This document shows, piece by piece, positions 1 to 11,747 of a stretch of DNA of 64,000 nt. The stretch comes from Antedon mediterranea (lineage: Eukaryota; Animalia; Echinodermata), in contig NC_092670.1 of assembly GCF_964355755.1 (NCBI RefSeq), forward strand, positions 16,850,795 to 16,914,794. Reading direction: 5' to 3'. The notes below the pieces were generated by a model, which saw only the letters and a list, made by a program, of their open reading frames with translations, ran no database searches and was not told the origin of the DNA. Every line of letters starts with the position of its first letter. Position 1 is the first letter of the stretch. Position numbers and translations under genes: made by a program.

Positions 1-325
1 ATTTGCTATCTATGGTAAATAAGTCCAACAGTTCGTTTCCACCCATTAGAAATAATACATAAATGTATGACTATAGGCTGTATTGTAAAATCACTATATT
101 GCTACTCAAGAAATGGGCTTGCCTTTTTACGCAGGTTGAGTCATTGTGTCCACATACTACTGTAATACAGTAGTATGTGGTATATTTAAATAATCAACAA
201 GAAAGCTAAAAATTATATTTCAGATATATCTGTAAGCATGTTTTCATTGCTATATAAAAGCTGTGTTTACACTGATTCTGTGTGGTGGCTGGAGAAAGCT
301 ATGTTACGTTTTTTGTTTACATACA

Positions 326-762
326 TACTGTACGACGTTTTGTATGGAATCGTACTGTACGTTTTGTATGGAATCCTATTATACATTTTGTATGGAATCG
401 TTTTGTACTTTTATATGGAATCGTACTGTATGGAATCGTACTGTATGGAATCATACTGTACGTTTTGTATGGAATCGTACTGTACGTTTTGTATAGAATC
501 TTACTGTACGTTTTGTATGGAACCGTACTGTACGTTTTATATGGAACCAAACTGTACGTTTTGTATGGAATCGTACTATACATTTTGTATGGAATCATTT
601 TGTACGTTTATATGGAACCAAACTGTACGTTTTGTATGGAATCGTACTATACATTTTGTATGGAATCATTTTGTACGTTTATATGGAATCATACTGTACG
701 TTTTGTATTGAATCTTACTGTACCTTTTGTATGGAATTGTACTGTACGTTTTTTATGGAATT
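326..762. repeat. 24-bp minisatellite (consensus GTACTGTACGTTTTGTATGGAATC), about 18 copies
   Basis: Direct tandem periodicity. It explains the MESYCTFC/VLYGIVLY repeat ORFs in several frames. Confidence 0.95.
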
Positions 763-1679
763 CAAAATGAGTTAGTGGATTAAGCACTACATTTCATTTT
801 TTATCCACTACCTGTGTGTGTATAGACAATGTAATAAAAGTCTGTTACTATGGAGTAGCAAAACATAAAGTGGTAAAAATGACAATTGAAAGTGACAATA
901 GCTTACAAAATAATAATATAATATAGTCTTATTATTATAATAATAAAGAATAGGGTTATAGAGTTGAAGGCTCTGTGCGTCTCACAATAAAAGTACATCC
1001 TATACAGGAATTCTCATTCTATGGGGTTCTTGGTACTAATACTTAAATAGCAATCTGCTTTTAAAACTTGTTTTTAGTTCAGGTATTAAGTACATACTGT
1101 ATAGCACAATGGCAAACCAAGCATTCTACAGGGATATACAGTTTGCATTATAACTTCAAATCCAATAAATATGTCTTCTTATATGTCATATTTGGGGTAT
1201 AGCACATTATGTATTACACAAGCACTAGTAGCCTAGCTGGGATAGTAAGCAAATTGCACTCAAATATGCTGATTATATCTGCACGTTAAAAAAAACACTG
1301 CAATAATGTACGTACAGTAGCATAAATAATAATAATAAAAACTTGTTATAAAATAATATCAGAAACCATAGTTACAATAGCTATATCACACATACAGAAT
1401 ATAGAAAATACAGTGTTCAGTTAAAATCAATTGAAAGAAAAATGAAGATATTGAAGAGTTAAATCAGCCATGTTTAACGGCATTGTGGTATAAGGCCGTC
1501 ATTGATTATTGGTTTGTGTATGCCCTACTAATCTAGACTATGATATCAAATAAATACTGTTAAGAATTAATCACATGTGCTAATACAGAGAATACCGCCT
1601 GACAGTGAAGCCGTCTTATATGTACTTTAAGTGCACAAATTAAGATACAACACATTAATTTGTCCTAGGGTCAAATGAA

Positions 1680-1865
1680 CAGGGACGGATCCAGCATTAT
1701 AGATTAAGGGGGGGCTAAATATTTCATAGATGATAAAAACAATTTGTCGGGTTGCAGAAAATAAAAATAATCATTATCTTATTTTAAAGACATGGCTGTT
1801 TCAGAGGGAGGTGGGGGGGGGGGGGATGTAAAGCTTGTTTACCTCCCTGTCCAAGTCTGTGCCTG
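1680..1865. mobile_element. Non-autonomous DNA transposon with CAGG...CCTG ends and 5-bp TSD
   Basis: Ends CAGGGACGGA.../...TCTGTGCCTG; flanked by ATGAA at 1675-1679 and 1866-1870; internal G-runs. Confidence 0.6.
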
Positions 1866-2253
1866 ATGAACTTCCTTCCCCATTCAAACTAGTGGTTATA
1901 TTCTTCGAAAGGCTTGATCTTTGATTAAATCTAAATTTACCTTATTTAATATACTGTATTACCATTATGAAATCAAATAAAGTCTGATGTTAAGAATGCT
2001 GGAGCGTTCGGACAGGAAGGAGAGGGGATGTTGTAAGTTTCCTTTCGGAGAAAAAGTATCCCTCTGTAACAAATCTTGGGTACAGGCTTGTATGGTATGG
2101 AATATTGAAATAAACCTTTTCAGTTAACTTTCCAAGAACTCAACTCTCAGATTTTGCAAATGTTAAAAGAACCTATGAAGATATGCCTAAAAGTCAACCT
2201 TTTCCACTGTCAAATGTATAATTTCAAATCAAAGAATAGCTAGGTTAATTTAA

Positions 2254-2879
2254 AGACCCCTTCCCTGCAATTTTAGACGTTTTTTGGAAAATAATACATA
2301 TATATCACTTTAAAAACATTAAACCATGTCATTCCTTGTCTTAAATGTACGTTTTATGGTAAATTATGATAAAAAGTGAGAAACAATGCACTAGCTAAGT
2401 AGCTCGCGGCGATCGACCTCTCGTGGACGGTCTCAGGCCTAGCCTAGCTAGGCTTAGTTTTGTAGGCCTAGCTGGTAAACATCGGTAACGTACGAACATC
2501 GTACGCGAGCTATATACCTAGCCTGACGTTGTATAGTTGCTGCATTAATTGTCTTTCTATTTTTGCCAGACTCCGTTGATACAAATTGGGGAAAACCCGG
2601 TATTTTCGCTGAAAAGTTAGGAGTCTTCCATTTGTTTTGGCTTCACGATCGATCGAAAAGTGGGCGAATTACAGGTGAAAAACAAAAATATCAATCCGCG
2701 CGCAATGCATTTTGGGATTTATAGCGGGCCGCTATAATTATTAAAATCGATTTATTTTTCACATTTTTAACCGTTTAAAGACGAAAAAGGTTATCGCAAT
2801 AGGACCATATAGTATTATTTTTACATTAAATATAGTTTGTGATCTTAAATTAGATCTAAAAAACGTAGGGAATGGGGCT
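2254..2879. mobile_element. Kolobok-like non-autonomous DNA transposon (TTAA TSD, AG...CT termini)
   Basis: TTAA at 2250-2253 and 2880-2883. Imperfect TIR AGACCCCTTCCCTGCAATTTTAGA vs reverse complement of the right end AGCCCCATTCCCTACGTTTTTTAGA. CpG-rich interior, unlike the flanks. Confidence 0.75.
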
Positions 2880-4327
2880 TTAATTCCAGGTCAGTATACG
2901 TACCTAGAAAAATGGACAGCATTATTTTAGATTTTGTCCTTCAATTTATCATTGAATGCAATTGATTTATGTTGAGCTCTTAAGCTGTTCAACAACAAAC
3001 ATTAGATAATTTGTCTGTCATGGTTTATATTTATATCTATTTATTCATACATGCAAATGGTTGATCCTCAACATACTAACTACTGTATATCCTTCCATTC
3101 AGACTTAAATTTAAGTTAAGTACACACACTATGGTAGCCGATTCAATACAGAAAATTATATTTGAAAAACGAATTTTGATATTCAGTAATTGTATCGGTC
3201 ACTGATCATATGGAATAAACGAATTGAAAATTGTATATAATACCTGTATGTCAACAACAAACCTACTTCAGTAGGGCTATAAAACAAAATCTGGTTTACG
3301 ATTACACGAACAGATTAATAAAGAATTGGCTTAAGTTAGACTAAGATGTGACTAAGCATACATCATTGGTAATTAAGTATGTGAGAAGTAGCACCCCCAA
3401 GGGATGACACGGATATCTTTGTATTTTTGAGAGGCTTGTAAACAAGTAGTAATGATATTCTGATAAAGCATAACATTCCAGCCGCAATTAATATGGCTAA
3501 TATCACACAATTCAGCGTCTGAACTTTTCATTAGGAGATATTTATACCATATTACTGTATTAATATATTTTGTTTGTCATAAATACGCAAACATTTTAGG
3601 CCTACAGGTAAATATTACAGTATAGCAATGTCCTAATAATAAATTTATCTTATACTAGAACCATCCAGTTGACAATACTGTAAGTTTACTGAAATGAATA
3701 TTATTAATATATAATATAAATTCATAGAATTGATTGATCATCATCATACTCTAATCAGGTTGAATTTCAATATTCTAGTTCTGGTTTCTCCAATTCAAGT
3801 TTAATGATATTTGTTTAGTTCAAATTTGAATATCAATATGATTACAAGGTTATCAGATGTAAAACATTAATAGATGTCTGCTGTAAAGCGTCTGATTTAT
3901 TTTAATGAACGTCAGCACGTTAATTAGGCCATTTTCAATGAATGTAACAGAACATTGATCAGGACATTTTCAAATTCCTTTGACATTTGCGCGTGCTTCT
4001 TTTTGTATATTCTACTATCTGCAGGGAGTGGCAGAATATGACTAGGTATAAGCTTCTGCACAAGTAGTACATATTGACAAAAATGTTCATGTTAATGAAT
4101 CTAAATAAAATATCAAAGCAAAATTTAAATGATTTATAAAATTTATGTGTGAAGAGCTTGACTAACGTAGCCAATTTCACATTTTAAATTGTATGAAAAA
4201 TAATCAAACTATTGTACTATATATATACACGGAAAATTATCCTAAATTACAGAACAATTACCAACAAAATAGAACAATCAATAAAACAATAACCTTCAAA
4301 CCCAATTATTACATATTAGCAATGTAA

Positions 4328-4527
4328 GTGGTCATGTCTAAATTTACTGCAGTAACTATTTTTGTTACTGCAGTGCAATAGCATATAGTTTGTGTAGTAG
4401 TAGTTTATGAAGCAACACTCAACAGTGTAAGCTTGCTAAATAATAGCATAATCAAGTGAAAAGGTAAACAAAATGTAGTTACTTCAGTAAACTGCAGTGT
4501 ATAATAATAGTTTTAGCATGGCCCCTA
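4328..4527. mobile_element. MITE (PIF/Harbinger-like TIRs)
   Basis: GGTCATGTCTAAA ... TTTAGCATGGCCCC inverted ends; internal TACTGCAGT repeats. Confidence 0.5.
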
Positions 4528-5647
4528 AAGGTTAATGAGATATGTTCATATAAGATTAAAAAATCTTACTTACCGTAATTTATATTTCCAACCAATATCC
4601 TGGTATGATATCACCATAATGGATAGTAAATCACAGCAGACGACCGAGTATACTTTTAACAATAACAATATGTTAATGTATCATAATGGTTTCAGAAAGT
4701 AATAGACAAACAAACAGTGGAAAATGGTAAAAAAATATATTGTTGTTGCTAGTTGATGTTGTATGATAATTAATATATGTTGATGATGTTGACGCAGAAG
4801 AGGAGGATGAGGACATTGCAGTTTATGTTGAAACAATGCAATAATTATGATGATGAGCAAGTTGGTAATTATTGATGAGCAGGAATTATCAGTAATAAGG
4901 TTTGATAGCATAGGACTAAACAATGATGATAACAATGTTTACAAGTATAAACTGATTATGTCTATCAGCGGCGAATACATGACTTTGAAATAGGGACCTT
5001 GTAAAAATTGTTAAATGAAGCATTGAACTAAATGTGCTGTATTTCAATGTTCAAAATGTACAGTAATGGTGGAGAGGATAGGTTCGGTCTGGTTGGAACC
5101 CACCTATAATGTACCTATGATGATTTGCAATGCAATTTAGCAATGACGCCGATGGAATGGCGGTAGTGATGATAATAATGACACAGTAGATAATGATGAT
5201 ATTTATTATTCATATAATACTATCATAACTTTGAACGGTGTTATTGCACTTTAATTCTACTATAGTAAGGATAAATTATATTAGCAAATATACCATCAAA
5301 TTTGAATATTATTATTTAATGTCAGAATGATAAAGAAATCCTTATTGATTTACTAATGTTAAATTCATTTACAATCACAAAATAAACAAAAGTACATTAC
5401 ATAAACAGCAGTTATTTACATACAAATTAATTAGTGTGCTTCACATCAAACAAGCATGTACCGTCTCAAATAAGGAAGAAGAGAAGAGGGAATTTATTAA
5501 ATAATACATTCACAGTAGAAACTCCAATGAGACACAGGCCATCAACTTAGCAATCATTATTATGCTTGACTGTCTTGTAGGATATGTTAATGCTATTAGA
5601 CCGGTCACAAGAGGACTGGATGATGATAATCATTATTGAACAAAGGT

Positions 5648-5985
5648 GATGGTTTAAGTTCAAATGCTTAGCCTGTCTACCATCTTACCTACCTACTACC
5701 GGTAAATCATATAGGGGTTTGAACAAAAAATCCACCTAGGGTACTGATGGGTTAAGTTCAAATGCTCAGCCGGTCTACCATCTTTAACCTACCTGCTAAA
5801 GTTATATAGGGGTTTGAACAAAAAATCCAACTAAGGAGTAGGGTATTGATGGGTTAAGTTCAAATGCTCAGCCTGTCTACCATCTACCATCATCTATCTA
5901 AGTCTTAGGGTTTGAACAACCATTCCAACTAAGGGGTAGGGTACTGATGATTTAAGTTCAAATGCTTTACCTGTCCACCATCCTA
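5648..5985. repeat. About 98-bp degenerate tandem repeat, about 3.5 copies
   Basis: GATGG(T/G)TTAAGTTCAAATGCT(C/T)AGCCTGTCTACCATC recurs near 5648, 5746, 5848 and 5946. Confidence 0.85.
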
Positions 5986-7309
5986 CTATGACACACACAT
6001 GTAATATGGTAGATGAAAATGTGTGTAAGGATTGAAACAATAGATTATTATTGGGCTGCATCATTGGCTGCCCTGTTGCATTACTTAGTCCTAAGGACTA
6101 TTAATTTCAATTATTCTGTGTCCAAACTGAAAAGTAAATCTCACTGGATTTAAGTTGACAGTATTGGTACAATGACTTCACCACAGTAAAAGAAAAACTT
6201 GATTAATTAAATATCATACAGAGTACAATGTCCTACAATATGTCGTAATCTGCAGATTACAAATGCTATCCAAGAAACACTTGAAAACATGTGCAATTTA
6301 AAATTAAGTTTCTACACTGGCCTAAGCATGTGGTACTTAACCATAAAGCTAACTCATTCTCCATGCCCATATTTGGACATTTGTCTGGCTGTCAATAATG
6401 AGTATATTTTCTGAGTATAGACAAGCATAATCTGTATATTTAGAATTCAAAATCTACTGTATATAACCTATAAAGTCCACTACAGGTAATTTTATTAAAA
6501 TGCTTATTATAATAATAATGTAATAAATAAAACGTAGGATATAGTATATAGTATACTGAAACACACTACATTACAGCAATCTACCATCTCTCTCTTTTAT
6601 CTAGTTTTTCATTAATTTCAAACTATATTTTCACATCATCGACACATTTCTCATTACTTCCTTTCTGCCTCTCATCATCTTTCTAATAATCACCCCATTA
6701 ATCACTTTCTCACTCCTCATTTTCTCAACCATACCTTTTTAATCATCTCTGCCATTCTCAATAGCACAAACATTCTTAACATAATAATAATAATGATGTT
6801 TCTTTAGGACATGCATACAAATGATGATATAGTGGGCGAGTAGAACACCTCTACGGAATATTCTATGCAATAACAGATGTCATGTTTTGATGTGTAATTA
6901 AATAGCTGAAATGAAAAATTTAAATAAATATCTGTGTGTTGGTCTACATTCATATCTTTGAGAGATTGTTGAATATTATATATTTTTTATTCTATTATAG
7001 TTTTCCATTCATAATTATCAATATGTACCAAGGCTAACAACTTGTAATTCTCGAGACAAGAAACTTGATTTCTTCTAGAGAAGACTCCAAATGAGGGTTT
7101 ATTACCATGTTCATTTACTGTAAATACACACCTATGTTAAACTGTACAATAATATGCCGGTATATAATAAAGATTTAATACATACATATTACATATGTTT
7201 AAAAATAAATTAATTTTTATAATTAATATGTAAAATTGAAAAATAAATTGCAGTTCAGGTATATGTTGTACGTTAATAAATTTATTTTGAAATGATTAAG
7301 ATGACAAAA

Positions 7310-7435
7310 TCTATGAGATGACAAAAAGCAAAAAATGTGATATGCCCATATATGGACATGATGATGTTATATCACTCCCATATTTGGGAATATCACTACC
7401 ATATTTGGGTACATCACACTTTTTTGTCAAACTAT
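7310..7435. mobile_element. Degraded copy of MITE family A
   Basis: Internal motifs ATATGGACATGATGATG, CACTACCATATTTGGG and TTTTTTGTCAAACTA are shared with intact copies. Confidence 0.65.
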
Positions 7436-8130
7436 GTCAACTAGGTTTCAAATGAAATTTGGAAACAAGATTCAATGAAAATAATGTTATTTTGCGACAA
7501 ATCATTGATCGGATTAAAACAATGCTATGCTTGAGAGAACTTTTGAAATATAGTGCAACACACCAACCAACAGTAGAATGCAGAGGTGAATAAGTATTCC
7601 AACGAGAGAAGTACGGTTTAATCCAACAGGGATCGTTCCTAGTGAAGCAATACTGAGCCGAAAACGACAATACATCTATAAATCTGTAATTGTCTAATAT
7701 ATCATATTGTCACACTACAGTAAGCAACAATAGGCTACTAGAATTAAAAAGTTGACAATACAATTTAATCTGTTGTATTAAATTGTAATAAAATTAAAAC
7801 AATATTTAAATCATTTTTTTACTTTTTGTTTTGAACCCATACAATAGTACCGTATAAAATGAAAAAGATATTACTGTTAATATTTACTTTTTAAAAATGA
7901 AATTAAACTCATTATTTATCGGAATCATTTGAATTTATTCAATAAAATAAGTACACCAACTAACATTTATGTTTGTAGTCTAAGTGCCACCTTACCTGAA
8001 TACATTAACAATAGCCTCTCTCTCCGAAGAGAAATATATTTACAAAATGAAGAAAACCAAAGTACACGCTCTGGGGACCATCCCATGTATATCATCATTT
8101 CTTTATGTAATGTCGTGTGTATGTCCTTAA

Positions 8131-8298
8131 AGCCCTATCTACACTATCAAACTTTATGTGACAAAAAAATGTGATTGATGTGCCAAAATATGGTAGTGAT
8201 ATGCTTGATTATGGTAGTGATATGATGACATCATCATGTCCATATATGGGAACATCACATTTTTTTGTCGCATAAAGTTTGATAGTGTAGACAGAGTT
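8131..8298. mobile_element. MITE family A (PIF/Harbinger-like; TIR AGCTCTGTCTACACTATCAAAC)
   Basis: AGCCCTATCTACACTATCAAACTTTATG ... CATAAAGTTTGATAGTGTAGACAGAGT; at least 9 copies in the window. Confidence 0.85.
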
Positions 8299-9761
8299 TT
8301 GAAGAATTGTCCACTTTTCAGAGAAGCTATTTTTGGTTTATCCAGGTACATATCAGGCACGATGAGACACAATAAATATTTATGGGGTTGTTGAATTCAT
8401 ATCCTAATGCTATCCTATATTTCATAATTAATCACATCTACTGATAATACGAATCGCAGAAATTAGATTTAGAACTGGCAAAAAATATAATTTATCATAC
8501 TTTCTTGTTAGTATCTTTACAAAATATAATTCTATGCTTTAGAAACATAACCACACTTCTTTATCATGGTAAATGATCTGTAACCAACACATTAACACGG
8601 TTTAATGATTTGTTTCCTCCCACTAACAAATATTACTTGGGCGATTATACGAGAGAAGAGAATTAAACAGGACTCGCTGGTATAAATACAGGCATGAAAA
8701 AGAATAATTTATCGGTTGTTTAAAAGTTCATATTCTGTATACTAACAAAGGTGATATTTGCCTTCATATTCCTTAAAGGGCACATTGACGAGCTGATAGA
8801 AAATTGATTTATACTATAAAGCGAGTTATTTTTGGAAGGCATTTTCAAACGATCTAAATGAACTTAAGTTCATTGGATGCCAATACGGGTTTTTTCCTGT
8901 AGTGTTCAGGCAAAAACAAGGAGTAGCAGATTGACTGATAATAAAATGATTTAATTTTTCAAATAAAGCCAACAGCCACAATGAAGGGATGGTGGGCGGT
9001 TCCTTTTACCCAAAATGTAAACTTTAGTATATTTAAACACTGCATATCTTCACGCCTATGACCTACAGTATACTCTTTTTCCATACTGAATATAAGTTCA
9101 CTGGGATAAAGAACGCAGCCTCCTAACGCTTTTCATTAGCAACGTTTAGGACTCACAGTATCTTCACGCATGTACACCTGGTTCAATGAGTCTTCAATCT
9201 TCTGTATATTTTTAAGATGCCAGAGAAATAATAATGTCAGGTTCAGGGATACCACCATGATAAAATTCAGAATGAGAATGTACTTTAAGCACACCACCAT
9301 CACCATGGTTAGAACACCTGGTCTCTTTCAATCAGCATGTATCAATGAAAGGGAGTTCATCTATTAATAGTTAAATGTTTGGTTAACTGTTGAATAATCA
9401 ACATGATGCAACGGAAATCACTTATTAGTGTAGGTCTGTTGCTATCAGGCCGGCGTAGTCTTGAACAAACAACGAAAGAGCTCTTAAAAGAACTGGTTAA
9501 AGAGTGTGAATTAAGTGAGTTTAAACACGCAACTGAGGACGACAGGCTTTGCAAACATAACCAATAGCCTGTATACTTAACAAGGCATGTTGTATTGACA
9601 TGGTAACCAACCAGTCACTATGTACAATTAGGGTTTTAATAAGAACAATATTAAGATTGTTGAATACAACAAAACCATAAATATTTATTTTGTCTCATCG
9701 TGCCTGATACACCTGGATAAACCAAAAAATAGCTTCTCTGAAAAGAGGAAAATTCTTCAAA
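8298..9761. mobile_element. About 1.46-kb segment bounded by about 100-bp inverted repeats (probable non-autonomous transposon)
   Basis: 8298-8399 is the reverse complement, with few mismatches, of 9661-9761 (TTTGAAGAATT..CTTTTCAGAGAAGCTATTTTTGGTTTATCCAGGT..ATCAGGCACGATGAGAC..AATAAATATTTATGG). Confidence 0.65.
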
Positions 9762-11501
9762 TCTTTTGTATTAAGGACGTACCAATCAGTCACTATGTAT
9801 AATTAGGGGTTTAATAAGAACAAAATTAAGATAAGATTTACTACAGTACACCCTGAAATTAAATATTATTTTTGTACAGTATTTTATATTAGATTCGAAA
9901 TAAAAAACGCAAACAAAATTAGAAATAATCTTTCTAACATCATTTTTGTTGTTGTTGGGTTTCCCTATAGTAATTCATTTAAATACCAATATTATGTATA
10001 TATTAAAAAACCTAAACTAAAATTTTGTTTGATTTAAAACTAGATAGTTATTCCAGTCATTTGATAATGTTAAATGTAACCAAAACTTTTATACAAGTTT
10101 CTATTACATTTTAATACCTCACTCGGGTAAATCTATCTAAATTTTTAAGGCATTTTTCTTATCTTTAAATTCATATCAATCAACGATTAATCAATCAGTA
10201 ATTAAGTTTTCTGAGTGACAGAAACATTTTGTAAATGTTGAAGATGACGATTTTAAAAACTAAAGTTCGTAAATAATGTCTTACAACACATAGATATTTT
10301 ATATAATTTTAGATAATATTATAATATTATTCTTTTTCAAGCACATTCCAGCACAATAAATTGTGCAATGTCATATTTAAATGCGATAGATATTTAAAAT
10401 TGTAGATGTTTAGTGTCAGTGTGCTAATAGACCAATTGAGATAACATTCCACATTTTGTAAGTGATGCAATCTCATCTAACTTGAGGGATATCATCCAGA
10501 ATTGATGACAACTGCTAGTAGAAGTATTTTCTACACATTATCATCAAATATATTTGCTTTATTATCGACGATTTATTTTATATGATCATCAAGCTTCCGT
10601 AGGTGTAATCATCAAAGATATTTTAACTTTTGATCATCATGATATATTTTATGATCATTAAGCTTTCCTATTAACAACCTTAAAAAGATATTTTAACTTC
10701 CAATCCCCACAATTTATTATGAAGTTATGTTGTAGCACTCATCATTCCATAGTTTAGGCATGGGTGTAGCCTGGTGTGATACGAGGGTTTCTGTACATAA
10801 CCATGATTGAAATGTGTTTGAGTAAACATTGTACGCACCTCACCGCTCGCTCGATGCAAAAACCAGAGATAAGAATGTTGATTCAGAACCAACACACATA
10901 AAACACCCACTCTTGGTTGCCTGCTAATATTGAGTGCAGGAAAATGGTTGAAGAAAACCTAGGTACTGTAGATCCAAGGGGTGGGGGAAGTTTAACCTGG
11001 CACCCCCCTCAAATAATGTAGGCCCTGGGATACCCTACCCCACCCCTATTTCAAAATCCTGGATCCTTCTGTTAAGACATGCTCAAAAGCAGTCACTATT
11101 GAGCCTAGTAATAATTGTCATGAAAAAGTTGATATTGTCCATCGCAGCAGTGTACTCTTAATAAATTTAATCAGCAAATTCTTGGTAAATAACCTACTAA
11201 TGCAAATGAAGATTGTAATGGACATACCGAATACTGATTGTTAGACAATTACTTTCAAGATTGGTTGTTGTGAACGCTGAATAGTGGCACACTTAGCATC
11301 TTACAGATAAATTATGCAGAAGTACTCGCATTTATAAAGAATAGGACAGCAATTGCTTGTTTATGACTTAATAAAGATATTTTTTTTAACTTGTTATTTT
11401 AAAGTGAACCAATCGAAAAATTAAATCAAGTTTTCGATTTCAACACAAATTCACTTACCTTGATATGCTTTAACAAAAAAATGTAAAAAATAATTAATTC
11501 A

Positions 11502-11511
11502 AAAAGGATAT
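11502..11511 (-). promoter_or_regulatory. U12-type (minor spliceosome) AT-AC 5' splice site
   Basis: Minus strand reads TGG CC|ATATCCTTTT, a perfect U12 donor consensus. Confidence 0.85.
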
Positions 11512-11747
11512 GGCCAGCAGACTAACTGTATACATGCTTTCCGGATGAAATTTTCTCTTCGAAGACAATAAAACACAGTCTCTCTAAAGATCTCTTCCTC
11601 TTCACTTCCATCTTCATCACTGGGATACTCTTCATTATACTCATCACTGTTATGACCTTTTGACGACCCTTTCTTTTCCGAATCACTTCTATGTTCGCTC
11701 CGAGTGATCTCCTCTTCTGACGGGCATTCTATATCATTATCAGACAT
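11512..11747 (-). CDS. First coding exon of a voltage-gated calcium channel alpha-1 subunit (most like Cav3/T-type); remainder apparently outside the window to the left
   Basis: Acidic N-terminus, then ETVFYCLRRENFIRKACIQLVCWP, matching the pre-IS1 motif of Cav channels (Cav3 VFFxL..RxxCxxxVCNP; Cav1 IRRACI; Cav2 EWP). The exon ends in phase 2 at ATATCCTTTT, the position of the U12 intron in Cav genes. Likely upstream acceptor at 11997-11998. Confidence 0.8.

Noticed and set aside
151-179. 29-bp palindrome CACATACTACTGTAATACAGTAGTATGTG as another P-type footprint
   Set aside because: Right size, but no flanking 7-bp duplication.
238-770. Four overlapping ORFs with repeated peptides
   Set aside because: By-product of a stop-free 24-bp minisatellite.
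4574-4652. Possible minus-strand exon with strong GTAAGT donor (YSVVCCDLLSIMVISYQDIGWKYKL) as channel exon 2
   Set aside because: No recognisable IS1 motif, and no AC acceptor or U12 branch site.
11499-11747. Stand-alone 82-aa acidic protein
   Set aside because: The terminal YPF* is read-through into a U12 donor; this is a channel exon.
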